From NCBI GenBank assembly GCA_019058445.1, contig JAHPZA010000006.1, positions 96,001 to 160,000 on the forward strand: a stretch of 64,000 nt of DNA, given 5' to 3'. This stretch comes from Promethearchaeota archaeon. GTDB lineage: Archaea > Asgardarchaeota > Lokiarchaeia > Sigyniarchaeales > SOKP01. Position numbers and translations under genes: made by a program. Of the stretch, positions 20,005 to 30,525 are shown one piece after another (within the stretch, counting starts at the first letter, position 1; each line of letters starts with the position of its first letter). The notes under the pieces are model-generated. The model worked only from the letters and a program-made list of their open reading frames with translations, was not told the origin of the DNA and ran no database searches.

Positions 20005-21243
20005 TTAAAAACTTACATTTGGTAATTGATGAATGAATTCTTTAACTAACTCAACTCGTCTCTTCCTTTTAACATCATGATATCGAAGAGGATATAAGTC
20101 ATTTATGACAAATTTATAGAGTTTTATCCAAGTTTCAGCAACCTTACTGATTCGATATTTTTCAGCTGCTAATTTTGCATTCTTACCGAAGTCTGCTCTA
20201 AGATCGTCGTCTTTTAACAATTTAACGACATGACTTTTAAATTCATCAAAGTTATTTGCCAGATATCCAGTTTCTCCGTGTTTTATTATATCTCGAATAC
20301 CATAGCCATTAGCACCGATATTTGGGGTTCCTTGAGCCATTGCTTCAATTAATACTAAACCTTCTGCTTCTATCCATGACCAAAGACAGGACAGATCAGC
20401 AGTGTTGAATAGTTTTAATAGATCATTAAAAGGAACCCTTCCGGCACAGCTAACATAATCAAATTTATTTGATAAGTTTTTTACAAATTCCGATGATGGT
20501 CCATCGCTTCCTACAATTAACAAATGGGAATCTGGCACTTGTTTATGAATTTGTTTAAAGTGTTTAATAATGCTAACCATGTGCTTCTCAGGGGACATTC
20601 TAGAGGCATAAAGCATTACTTTTTTATCTCCTAATCCATACTTCTCTCGTATTCCATTCTCCTTTAAGTCTTGATAGTAAAGCTCATGAACTCCATTTGA
20701 AAGTGTAATAATTGGTTCTTTAAACCAATGTTCCAGCAATAACTCTTTTTTGGATTTCGTTGCAACTGCAGATAAGTCATATTTCTCAAGCATATGACGC
20801 TCGTATTTCCATGCTAAAGGAAATTTTGTGAGAAATTTCCCTATTACTGGAACATATTGAGCCATGTAAAATTGTAAAGGAGAATTGTGAGTTCCTATCA
20901 ATGGGATTCCTAAGTATTTTGCCCAATTTAGTGCCAAACCCCCTATTGTTGCATGTGTCATTGTGTGGCAGAGATCGAGCTGGTTTTCTCGGCAGAAGAA
21001 ATACTTATGTATAGGAAAGGAAACTGGAAAACCAGTTTTGGAAGAGACTGTTCCTCCCCCTAAGTCATGAAAGTATAAGTTTTTGGGTTTAACATATCCA
21101 TTTTGAATTTTTGGAGCATATACGTGGACATTATGACCGAGCTTTGCTATTTCTTCGGAAAGGAATCGTACAGCATGAGCAGTACCGTTGGTTTGAGAGT
21201 ATAAATAGCTAAAAAATCCAATATCGAGTACTTGTTTGGCCAT
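20005..21243 (-). CDS. Glycosyltransferase family 4
   Basis: NGTAHAV, GHNVHVYAP, SRMSPEK, EAEGLVLIEAMAQGTP (Ex7E) and HGETGYL. Confidence 0.85.
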   Translation of the reverse strand: MAKQVLDIGFFSYLYSQTNGTAHAVRFLSEEIAKLGHNVHVYAPKIQNGYVKPKNLYFHDLGGGTVSSKTGFPVSFPIHKYFFCRENQLDLCHTMTHATIGGLALNWAKYLGIPLIGTHNSPLQFYMAQYVPVIGKFLTKFPLAWKYERHMLEKYDLSAVATKSKKELLLEHWFKEPIITLSNGVHELYYQDLKENGIREKYGLGDKKVMLYASRMSPEKHMVSIIKHFKQIHKQVPDSHLLIVGSDGPSSEFVKNLSNKFDYVSCAGRVPFNDLLKLFNTADLSCLWSWIEAEGLVLIEAMAQGTPNIGANGYGIRDIIKHGETGYLANNFDEFKSHVVKLLKDDDLRADFGKNAKLAAEKYRISKVAETWIKLYKFVINDLYPLRYHDVKRKRRVELVKEFIHQLPNVSF

Positions 21244-21413
21244 AAAAATATCCCATTTTTAAAAATTTAGTGTTAATTTTACTTAAAGATTCGTTTAATT
21301 TAATAGTTATTCGTTTATTAAAAAATTCGGTGAATTTTAATAAGGAGAATTTATCTAAACATTAAAAAGAATTGGAGACCAAAAATTATAAAAAAAATTA
21401 TAATATCTCTATA

Positions 21414-22457
21414 CTATTTTTTAAGGGCCTTTACAAGGAATACTATAAAAAGCGCTGGTCCTATGACAAACAAGCTTAAAAAGATTAATATCGCAAAAAT
21501 TATGCCAATTATTGGTATTAAGCAAAATATTATAGTCAAGATCAATAGAAGCCCGAAAAGTTTAAAGAAGAAATTCGAATCATATGTTTCAATATCATCT
21601 ATTACTTCAATATTTGTCTCATCTATCGGCTTGCTAATTCGAAGCATGATCCCTACAAATATGTAAAATCCGATAATTATCAGAAATGGTAGTACTATTG
21701 TGGGAATTCTTTCGGGAAGTAAAATAAAAAAAGTTATTAGATAGAGCAATAATAAATAGATAATAACAATACCGAATCCTTTATTCCCTAGTTTTAGTGA
21801 ATAGATTGAGAAATTATTAGAATTTTTCTTACTTGAAATTTTAAAAAATAGAAATATTAAACCTATACTTCCCAATATCGCAATAGCAGCTACAAGGATG
21901 TTATATCCCGTATTCATTGATAAAAAAGCTGAACCAGCTAAAACCAGAAATAAGGCAAATATGAAAGTTTTCTTTTTCTTTTTATTCAAGTAAGGTAAAT
22001 GGCTAATAAATATCCTGCTTTCTAGTTTAAGGTTAGAATCTTGAGATTTGGCAAAGGACTCAAATACAAGAATAGGCATTACAAAGGCGAGAATCGGATG
22101 CCAAAAAAAAACTAAAGTGAAAAATTCTAAAATTGCAATCCCTCCAACCAATGCTATAGCGGGCCCCTCAGCTCCGGGATACCCGAACCAAAGTACTTTT
22201 GTAATCCAAGATTCATAAAGGCCAAATAATACACCCCATAAGTATAATTGTGGTATAGAAGTCCTCTTCGTTCGCATAGCAAGATTAAGAAACAATAGAA
22301 GATGTCCTAAATAAAGCCAATAAGTAACAATCAAGGACCAAGGATCGATGAACCACAATTGAGATGAACCAGCAAACACTTCTGCCATAAACATAGATAA
22401 ACATCCAATAAGAATGATAAGTGTCCATTTTTTCTCATTTGGTAATTCTTCGACCAC
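21414..22457 (-). CDS. Hypothetical multi-pass membrane protein
   Basis: About 9-10 hydrophobic segments with conserved-looking AEVFAGS, FGLYESWITKVLW and FFWHP stretches. Confidence 0.7.
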   Translation of the reverse strand: MVEELPNEKKWTLIILIGCLSMFMAEVFAGSSQLWFIDPWSLIVTYWLYLGHLLLFLNLAMRTKRTSIPQLYLWGVLFGLYESWITKVLWFGYPGAEGPAIALVGGIAILEFFTLVFFWHPILAFVMPILVFESFAKSQDSNLKLESRIFISHLPYLNKKKKKTFIFALFLVLAGSAFLSMNTGYNILVAAIAILGSIGLIFLFFKISSKKNSNNFSIYSLKLGNKGFGIVIIYLLLLYLITFFILLPERIPTIVLPFLIIIGFYIFVGIMLRISKPIDETNIEVIDDIETYDSNFFFKLFGLLLILTIIFCLIPIIGIIFAILIFLSLFVIGPALFIVFLVKALKK

Positions 22458-22597
22458 TGCTAATCACTAATTTAAGGGATTTATTAATGATATATGATTA
22501 ATGCTTACCTTATTTTAAATTTTTTTTTAAAATCATAAAACTTTTTTGGATAATTATATTATTCATCATTATAATTATTAATCGGAAAATATTAGAA

Positions 22598-22765
22598 ATG
22601 ACACCAGAAGAAGAGAAACAAATTGTAGAAGAAATAATAAAAAGAAGAAGATTACCATATTCAATTGAGCTTGTAGATGTTCAGGGAGATAGATTTACTG
22701 TTCGTAATAATTTTGGATCTACTACGGTTTATATTAAGAAAGGAGAAGATTTTATCCTAGAATAG
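22598..22765 (+). CDS. Small protein (55 aa) missing from the ORF track
   Basis: ATG at 22598 to TAG at 22765 reads MTPEEEKQIVEEIIKRRRLPYSIELVDVQGDRFTVRNNFGSTTVYIKKGEDFILE. It is purine-rich and coding-like within an AT-rich gap, followed by a T-tract. Confidence 0.65.
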   Translation: MTPEEEKQIVEEIIKRRRLPYSIELVDVQGDRFTVRNNFGSTTVYIKKGEDFILE

Positions 22766-22986
22766 TGAATAACAAATTGCAAGCAATCTCTTTTTTTAAA
22801 TAAAATTTGCTCTCTATTATAATAAAGGATTATTACAATTTTCTTTAATAATTTCTATTAAAAACTAAAATAATTCGATTTCTTTTAATATAGAAATTTA
22901 TAATATATTTTAGATAAAATTTTAAGACAAAATTTTTTTATTTTAAATAGCTATTAATGATTTTTATTTTATTTCTTAGTTGATAC

Positions 22987-24312
22987 ATGATGAGACGAAG
23001 AAGAACGAGATCTGATAGTTCTGAAAACAAGGAAAGCGATGGATTTAGAGCAGTAGTAAGTGAAAATACTTCTCTTTCAATGTATAAAAGGGGTGAAAGA
23101 GCTCTTTGTATCATTCGAAAAAATCTCGCTAAAGATTATGATATTGAGGTTGAGGCATCTGAAGCTCCGATATTAAATAAAGAATTAAAAGATCCTGAGC
23201 CCTATGAATCATCTATGGCCGATATTAAGATAATTGAAGAAGAGGTAGTTCCTATAAATGATGCCCTTAGAAATGTCTTTGGTAATGAAAAAGATCTAAA
23301 TTTATATAGTGTTAAAATAGGGATTGGGGGCAGTAAAAATGATTATGTTACAATTAATGAAAAGGATTTAGTCAAATTCGATGTAAAACCAACACTTAGT
23401 GGCTTAATAGAGTTTATTAAAGAAAATGATGAAAGTATACTTGGGTTCTTAGATCGCGAATATATTAATGAAGAAGGAAATGTAATTTATTTAAATTGTG
23501 GAAGGAAGAATGTTTCGGATAATATATTTTCAATAAAACTTAAAATTCTCGCATCTATGCAACAGAGAGGATTTTTTCTCCAACAAGAGCATAAATATTA
23601 TGGACTTCAATTATATATTACTATAGAATCAAAAACTGCTGATGATGATAAAATATTTGAGCTTTTAAAGGAGCTTGAAATTGACTGGGAAATGATTTTC
23701 TTTAGGAGAAGATTAGCAATTCATGATTGGACTCAAATTGAATGTGAAAGAAACACTGATAATCTCAAAAATTATTTAAGGTCTAAATATAAGAATCTAA
23801 ATTATTTTGATGTAAACAATATAACTAGAGTAGTAATGAAAAACCAATTAACTTTTATTGTCGCAGATAAAATGGCCTCACTATTATTCAAAATGAAAAC
23901 GGAGAGAATTTTACAGCTTCAAGAAGAGTATGAGCGTCAATATCAATTAGAGCAAGAACGTAAATCTCAAATTGAAGAAGAAAGAATAACCTTAATGGAA
24001 AAAATTAATGAGTTGAAACGAAAACAACAGCTAAAACCAACCAGAAAAATTTATATTGATATTGACTCATTAAATGATGAAAAATTACATTTAGAACAAG
24101 AAAAGAGGAAAATTTTAGAAAAACTTTCAACCTTGCGAGAAAAAATTAATGATCCAGGAGATGAATATTCAACATCCCTAAAAAAAGCAGAGATCGCAGC
24201 AGCAGCTAATCTTGCCTGTGCATATTTGGGAATCTCTCAAAAAATAGAATTTGATCGAGATGTTAGTATAGCTGAAATTTTAAAATATCAAGAAGAATTG
24301 ACAAATATTTAA
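22987..24312 (+). CDS. Hypothetical protein with a C-terminal coiled coil
   Basis: 441-aa ORF with an Arg-rich N-terminus and an E/Q/K-rich heptad region near aa 300-390. Confidence 0.7.
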   Translation: MMRRRRTRSDSSENKESDGFRAVVSENTSLSMYKRGERALCIIRKNLAKDYDIEVEASEAPILNKELKDPEPYESSMADIKIIEEEVVPINDALRNVFGNEKDLNLYSVKIGIGGSKNDYVTINEKDLVKFDVKPTLSGLIEFIKENDESILGFLDREYINEEGNVIYLNCGRKNVSDNIFSIKLKILASMQQRGFFLQQEHKYYGLQLYITIESKTADDDKIFELLKELEIDWEMIFFRRRLAIHDWTQIECERNTDNLKNYLRSKYKNLNYFDVNNITRVVMKNQLTFIVADKMASLLFKMKTERILQLQEEYERQYQLEQERKSQIEEERITLMEKINELKRKQQLKPTRKIYIDIDSLNDEKLHLEQEKRKILEKLSTLREKINDPGDEYSTSLKKAEIAAAANLACAYLGISQKIEFDRDVSIAEILKYQEELTNI

Positions 24313-24386
24313 TAGTCTTCACTAATATTAAATTATTTTTTAAAAAAATCTAAAAAAAATTAATTGATTTATTTAATTTTTGTGAG

Positions 24387-25388
24387 TTATAACTTAAAGG
24401 ACTCCTTTATTAGATTTTGATCGATTTTTCCTACAGAAATTGTTTTTCCAGTTTTTATATTATTTACCGTATAAATCGCAGGAGCAAATAAACCAGGATC
24501 AATTTTATAAAAATCATATTCGGCTTCTTTGAAAATAACATTAAAAGGTTGTCCATAGCTAGATGAGGTACTCGCAGGGGCTTTTTTTAACAGTTCAAAC
24601 AATTCCGCTTCTTGCTCCTTTTCTGCATTAATAGTATAGAAGGTTTTACCTGCAGCAAACATAGCATCATTCGGAGGACCCATTGCTGCAAAATCGTCTT
24701 TCGCCACAGGAGCCACTGGCACGGTTCCAAATCCTTCTTGAAGAACATCTAATGGAAAATGGATTTCATGCAATTTATGAATTCCAGTTTCAACAATTCG
24801 TGCGGCAACTTGAATTGAACCAACTAAACACGCAGTAGGGGCACATACTGCATAAGTATTCTCTGCTGCGACTTTGCATTTTTCAGTAACGATTGCCATC
24901 ACTTCTTCATTCGGCATATTACGTGTCTCAAATACTATGACTGCACAATCTGAGTCATCATTATAATCGATTTCTTTAAATAATTCCTCACCTTTATTTT
25001 TAGCTCTTGCTGGTCCAGAACCTAAAGATTGAAACACTACCTTTTTTTTAATTTTTCCCTCTTTTTCAACTTCTTTTTTTAATTTAACGCTCCAACCAGC
25101 TAATTGAGATGCCATACATGAAATTATTGGATGAGATGTATGTACAGTAACAGCAGGCAAATAATGATTATCTAAACTATAATTTGCAAAATCTACAGTG
25201 CCTAATCCTCCCATACAGATTTCACCGATAAGTTTTCCTCCTATCCATCCTGCCTTCGTCATATCTACAACTGTAGAACCATTACCTAAGGTAATTACTT
25301 CGGCCCCATAAATCTCTTTATTGCTAATAATTTGTTTTACAATTTCAAGAGCAAGTTCGTTAATTTTTAGATTTGAAATTTTTTTCAC
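24387..25388 (-). CDS. mch: Methenyl-H4MPT cyclohydrolase
   Basis: EICMGGLG, CMASQLAGW, GSGPARA, APTACLVGSIQVAARIVETGIHK and DFYKIDPGLFAPA. Confidence 0.92.
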   Translation of the reverse strand: MKKISNLKINELALEIVKQIISNKEIYGAEVITLGNGSTVVDMTKAGWIGGKLIGEICMGGLGTVDFANYSLDNHYLPAVTVHTSHPIISCMASQLAGWSVKLKKEVEKEGKIKKKVVFQSLGSGPARAKNKGEELFKEIDYNDDSDCAVIVFETRNMPNEEVMAIVTEKCKVAAENTYAVCAPTACLVGSIQVAARIVETGIHKLHEIHFPLDVLQEGFGTVPVAPVAKDDFAAMGPPNDAMFAAGKTFYTINAEKEQEAELFELLKKAPASTSSSYGQPFNVIFKEAEYDFYKIDPGLFAPAIYTVNNIKTGKTISVGKIDQNLIKESFKL

Positions 25389-25676
25389 CTAATAATACGT
25401 TTTATAATTTTTTAGATACAATAATTATTAAATATTTACTTTGAATTGCCACTAGAACTTTTAAATTTTAACTAATAATAAAAATATTAAGAATAAATAT
25501 TTAGAATTTGTATATATCTCCAACCAAAATTTTTACGGAAATAACATACAATTTTATTATTTTATGGTTTCAAATATTTTTAGATTATTCATAACTTTTA
25601 ATTGAGTATTTATAATTATTTTCATATTTAAGAATAATACTTATTCACTAGTAGAATAATCTATAAATTAAGAGAA

Positions 25677-27182
25677 ATGAATGATACGAATACCAATTTC
25701 AAAGAATTTATCCAAGATATTGGGAATGCAAAAGATTATTTTTTTAAACATTTAAGAGCAAATAATTCTTCCCTTCGCATTTACACGCATTTAGATTCTG
25801 ACGGGTTGGCTGCGGGTGCAATTCTTGGCAAAGCATTATATAGAGAAAACATTTCCTTTCAGATGACCATTCTACGACAACTTGAAAAAGAAGAAATCTT
25901 AAAAATTGCAGAAAGTGAATTTAACAATTTTTTAATATTTTCTGATTTTGGGAGCGGCCAATATTTAGAACTTCAGAAAGAACTACTTTTGCATGGGTAT
26001 AAAAGCCATTTTATTATTTTAGATCATCATTTACCTCAGAAAATATCAGATAAAGACGAAATTCAAGCAATTGAGGAGATTCATATAGAAACTAGTCCTT
26101 GGCATATCAATCCATATTTTTATGGAATTGATGGAAGCACTGAAATATCAGGAGCAGGACTAAGCTACTATTTTGCTAAAAGTATAAATAGCAATAATAT
26201 TGACCTTTCATCAGTTGCAATTGTAGGAGCAGTGGGTGACATTCAAAATCAAGGTCCTCATAAATCATTTATTGGAATAAATTCCCTTATTTTAGATGAT
26301 GCAAAAAGCTTAGGATTAGTTGAAATCATTGATGATTTGAATTTTTCTCCAATAAAGCCCTTAAATGAAGCGATTGCTTATTCTCCGGATATAAAATTAC
26401 CGGGTTTAACTAACGATCCTAATAAAACTTTGAAATTTTTAAAAACATTAGGAATTTTAATGGAAGACTCGGAAGGAAAAGTACGAACCTTAAATGATAT
26501 AGATAAAGACGAAAAACAAAAAATTTCTAGTGCCATTATTGAATATGCGACTCTTAAATTAGATATAGAACCAAATAAAATAATCCAAAAATTAATCGTT
26601 AAGAGATATTTGTTAACGAACGAAAATAACTCTGAACTTCATGATGCGGAGGAATTTTCAAATCTGTTAAATGCTTGTGGAAGGACTAATAATGCATCAT
26701 TAGGTATAGCAATTGCAATGGGAGACAGGCAAAATTCATTCCAGCAAGCAAAAGAGAGTTTAGTTAATTATAAAAAATCCCTCAGTACAGCTCTTTCATG
26801 GATAAAAAAGGGAGATAAAATCCAACAAAAAAAAAATTTTCAATATTTCTTTGGAGAAGACGTAATAACAGAAAATATCGTTGGTACGGTTTCAACAATG
26901 CTAATTCTTGGTGAAAGTGTAATAATAGATAAGAATAAACCCATATTTGGATGTGCATTAAGGGAGAATGAAGATGTTTATAAAATATCGGGGAGAGCTC
27001 ACGAAAAAATTGTTAACAAAGGAATAAATCTTTCAGATGCGATTAGAGAAGCGCTTGAAATGTCTAATTTAGAAGCTTTAGGCGGAGGGCACCCTCCTGC
27101 TGCGGGTACAAAAGTACCAATCAATAAAATAGACCTTTTTTTAGAAAATTTAGATGAAGTTATTCAAGAACAAATTAAATAA
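25677..27182 (+). CDS. Archaeal RecJ/GAN (Cdc45-related) DHH phosphoesterase
   Basis: HLDSDG, DFGSGQ, LDHH, EISGAG, VGAVGDIQ, LNACGR and DHHA1 GGGHPPAAG. Confidence 0.88.
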   Translation: MNDTNTNFKEFIQDIGNAKDYFFKHLRANNSSLRIYTHLDSDGLAAGAILGKALYRENISFQMTILRQLEKEEILKIAESEFNNFLIFSDFGSGQYLELQKELLLHGYKSHFIILDHHLPQKISDKDEIQAIEEIHIETSPWHINPYFYGIDGSTEISGAGLSYYFAKSINSNNIDLSSVAIVGAVGDIQNQGPHKSFIGINSLILDDAKSLGLVEIIDDLNFSPIKPLNEAIAYSPDIKLPGLTNDPNKTLKFLKTLGILMEDSEGKVRTLNDIDKDEKQKISSAIIEYATLKLDIEPNKIIQKLIVKRYLLTNENNSELHDAEEFSNLLNACGRTNNASLGIAIAMGDRQNSFQQAKESLVNYKKSLSTALSWIKKGDKIQQKKNFQYFFGEDVITENIVGTVSTMLILGESVIIDKNKPIFGCALRENEDVYKISGRAHEKIVNKGINLSDAIREALEMSNLEALGGGHPPAAGTKVPINKIDLFLENLDEVIQEQIK

Positions 27183-27219
27183 TAACATTTTTCTTCCTTA
27201 GAAGAATCATGATTAGTGT

Positions 27220-28530
27220 TTATATGTTATAAACTTCTCCGGTCTCTGGAGCAACTGCGTTGTAAGAATGCTTTGCTAATTCACTAGACAATTTTGTTGT
27301 CGCCTTAGGATCTCCATGAACACAAAATACATTATTAGATTGATTTTTAAATGTAAGAGTTGTTACAAATTTTCGTAATTGTGTACCATCTGCATGGCTC
27401 GAAAAGTCAAAATAATCGTAATCACATTTAGCTTTAATTTTAAAATTATATATTGAGTCCAACTTCTTTTTATTGTTAAACTCAAGATAACCACTATCTA
27501 AAAGAACTCTTCCAGGGCTTCCTTCAACTTGATATCCAACTAAATAAATCGCAGAAGCAGGATCAATTAAAAAGGATTTCACAAAATCAATAGCAGCGCC
27601 TCCTTTTAACATACCAGAAGGGGCAATTATTACACCATTGGAGTTTTTTGCTTGATTTCTACCCTTTTTTCCAGAAATGAATTTTGTTTTCTTAAGAGCC
27701 TTTTTATAGAAATTACCATTTTTTAATGATTCGGGATAATCCAAAAAAATATTTGAGATTTTTCTTGCTAAACCATCTACATAAATTTTCCCAAGATATT
27801 GGTATTTATGAAGAATTAATAGAGCTTCTTGCGAGCGGGCTACACCAAAAGCAGGGATAAGAACTTTGCCATTATTTTCAGTAATATTTATTATTCGATC
27901 TGTGAAGTCTTTTTCAAGTTGTTTTCTGGGAGGATGATCTCTTAAAGCATAAGTTGATTCGATAATTAACGCATCAATTTCTTGAATTTCTTTTAAAATA
28001 TTAAAATTCGAGGCCTCAACTAAGTTAGTTGCATTGGTGTTTATATCTCCAGTATATAAAATCTTCTTATTATCCACTTCAATTAAAATTGAAACACTTC
28101 CAGGAATATGTCCAGCGTTAAACATTGTTAAGAAAAAGTTGTCACTAATTCGTTTACGCTGTCTATTTTCAAGAAAATAGGAGTGTTTTATTAATTTATC
28201 TAGTTCTCGATATCCAAAGGGATAATTGAAATCTGAGATTCGAATCATATCTTTAACAAGGACTTTAGTTACTGCTAGTGTAACTGGATTTGTTAAAAGT
28301 GGTACGGATGAATTCTTATACAGATAAGGTAAAGCTCCGGAATGGTCGATATGACTATGAGTGAGAGCTATTGCTCTTAAGTTTTCCATATTAAATTCTT
28401 GTGGAAGTCTAGTTTTCTCTTTAAATCGCACTCCATAATCTAAAATGCATTTATCCCCGGTTTTAGATTCTATCAAGATAGCCGATCGTCCAACCTCTCT
28501 GCATCCACCTAAAAAAGTTATTTTTACCAT
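27220..28530 (-). CDS. Metallo-beta-lactamase beta-CASP ribonuclease (aCPSF-like)
   Basis: LGGCREVGRS, THSHIDHSG, AGHIPGS, YTGD, ESTY, PAFGVARSQE, FSSHAD and VHGD. Confidence 0.9.
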   Translation of the reverse strand: MVKITFLGGCREVGRSAILIESKTGDKCILDYGVRFKEKTRLPQEFNMENLRAIALTHSHIDHSGALPYLYKNSSVPLLTNPVTLAVTKVLVKDMIRISDFNYPFGYRELDKLIKHSYFLENRQRKRISDNFFLTMFNAGHIPGSVSILIEVDNKKILYTGDINTNATNLVEASNFNILKEIQEIDALIIESTYALRDHPPRKQLEKDFTDRIINITENNGKVLIPAFGVARSQEALLILHKYQYLGKIYVDGLARKISNIFLDYPESLKNGNFYKKALKKTKFISGKKGRNQAKNSNGVIIAPSGMLKGGAAIDFVKSFLIDPASAIYLVGYQVEGSPGRVLLDSGYLEFNNKKKLDSIYNFKIKAKCDYDYFDFSSHADGTQLRKFVTTLTFKNQSNNVFCVHGDPKATTKLSSELAKHSYNAVAPETGEVYNI

Positions 28531-28715
28531 TTGTTAATAACTCAACAAAAATAAAGAACCGTATATATGAGATAAATAAGGAAGAAATTTCAATATTTTC
28601 AATTTTTATCACCTAAAAAACAATATTAAGGTCTGATTTATTTATTCATACAAATAATTATCTTACAATTTGAAAAAAAAAGAAAAATTAAAGGAGATTC
28701 AAACAATAAGAGAGA

Positions 28716-29477
28716 TTATTTTATTTTTTTTATTACATTTGTCAATAAAGCAATAACATTATTAACATTTTTACCAAATATTTCTAATATCTCTTCCCAA
28801 GTAACGGGAGCTTCATCTTCCTTCCAACAGTCATAATCAGTGGACATAGCTACTGCTGCGTATGGAATTCCAGCTTCGTTTGCTAAAATTGTCTCGGGCG
28901 CAATGCTCATGTTTATCACATCAGCCCCCCATATCCTAAACATTTCAGACTCTGCTCTTGTGGAAAACCGTGGCCCTTCGATAGTAAGCACTGTCCCTTT
29001 TTCATGATATTTAAGATTAAGTTCTTTTGCAGTTTCAATAAGAATGTTTCTTAATTGTTCAGAATAGGGATAGGCCATAGCAGTATGTTTCGCATCTCCA
29101 GGGGGAAATTCATCAAAAAAGCTTACTTTCCTGAGTCTTGTGAAATCAATAAATTGGTCAAGTATAACGAAATCACCTCTTCCAATTTCTTCTCTTAAAC
29201 TACCACAAGCTGTCGTAGCTAAAATATGAGTACAGCCTTGATCTTTCAACGCTTGTATGTTAGCCCGAAAATTAACTTGTGTTGGAGGGATTGTATGCTC
29301 TCTTCCGTGTCTTGCTATAAGAACTACATCTTTCCCGTGAATTTTTCCCAATTTTAGAGGAGAAGTTGGTTTTCCAAATGAAGTCTCAACTTCAATATCT
29401 TTAACTTCTTGTAAAATGTCCGGATTGTCCAACCCTGAACCACCAATTATACCAATTTTAACCATAACATTCACCAT
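28716..29477 (-). CDS. mtnP: S-methyl-5'-thioadenosine phosphorylase (animal MTAP-like)
   Basis: KIGIIGGSG, ARHGREH, TACGSLREEI, EGPRFSTRAES and AMSTDYDCWKE. Confidence 0.92.
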   Translation of the reverse strand: MVNVMVKIGIIGGSGLDNPDILQEVKDIEVETSFGKPTSPLKLGKIHGKDVVLIARHGREHTIPPTQVNFRANIQALKDQGCTHILATTACGSLREEIGRGDFVILDQFIDFTRLRKVSFFDEFPPGDAKHTAMAYPYSEQLRNILIETAKELNLKYHEKGTVLTIEGPRFSTRAESEMFRIWGADVINMSIAPETILANEAGIPYAAVAMSTDYDCWKEDEAPVTWEEILEIFGKNVNNVIALLTNVIKKIK

Positions 29478-29597
29478 TTAGAATTTTTGAATTATAATAT
29501 TAAAAATATTATAAATTATTTTTTTTAAAAAAGGATTCATATTTGTTTTATAGTAATTTTTTTTAAATTTTATAACCAATAAAAAATATTTAGTGAA

Positions 29598-30467
29598 TTG
29601 AACATGAAATTAGAAGGAAATGCTGAGATTGGCATAATTGGAGGAACTGGATCAGATCTCGAATTAAAAAATACCGAAAATTTAAAAATTTATACCCCTT
29701 ATGGAGCTACTTCTGATTTTATAAAAGTGGGTGAATTTAACGGTAAAAAAGTTGCATTTCTTTCCAGACATGGTACTGGACACACAATACCACCCCATAA
29801 TTTGAATTTTCGAGCAAATATTTGGGCTATGAAAGAACTAGGAGTAAAATACATTATATCTCCATCTGCAGTAGGTTCACTTAAAAAAGAGCATAATAAA
29901 AGAAAATTTATTTTAGTAGATCAATATATTGATAGAACCAAAAAAAGATCGGAAACATTTTACGAAAAAGGACAAGTTTGTCATATTAACCAAGCGGATC
30001 CATACTGTGGATATTTGAGAAATCTATTGTACGAAAATGGAAAAAAAATGGGCAATTTAGAGATTCAAAATGGAGGCACATATGTATGTATTGAAGGGCC
30101 AAGGTTCTCCACAAGAGCAGAATCGAAAATGTTCAGATTATGGGGCGGTGATATTATAGGGATGACTACATTTCCAGAAGTTGTTCTTGCAGCCGAAAAA
30201 GAGATCTGTTATTGCTGTGTAGCAATGGTCACAGATCTTGATGTATGGGCTGCTGAATGCTCTAATTGTGGAATTGTAGAATATGGAGTGAATTGTCCCC
30301 AATGTGGAGGTAATCTACAAAAATTAGTTGTGACTATAGAAGAAGTATTAAAGACAATGGAAAGCAATGCATTAAATCTTAAAAAGCTCCTTGAAATGAG
30401 TATTCCACAGATTAATACTGAGAGAGATTGCTCCTGCCAACATTCATTAACTGGTGCAATTTTATAA
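29598..30467 (+). CDS. mtnP: MTAP-family purine nucleoside phosphorylase with a zinc-ribbon insertion
   Basis: IGIIGGTG, SRHGTGH, SAVGSL, EGPRFSTRAES and VTDLDVW, followed by a CSNC..CPQC insert and a C-terminal CSC. Confidence 0.88.
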   Translation: MNMKLEGNAEIGIIGGTGSDLELKNTENLKIYTPYGATSDFIKVGEFNGKKVAFLSRHGTGHTIPPHNLNFRANIWAMKELGVKYIISPSAVGSLKKEHNKRKFILVDQYIDRTKKRSETFYEKGQVCHINQADPYCGYLRNLLYENGKKMGNLEIQNGGTYVCIEGPRFSTRAESKMFRLWGGDIIGMTTFPEVVLAAEKEICYCCVAMVTDLDVWAAECSNCGIVEYGVNCPQCGGNLQKLVVTIEEVLKTMESNALNLKKLLEMSIPQINTERDCSCQHSLTGAIL

Positions 30468-30525
30468 CTTAAAAAAAAAGATTTTGATAATTTTTACTTA
30501 CCTTTTTTTGAGTTTTTATCTTGAT

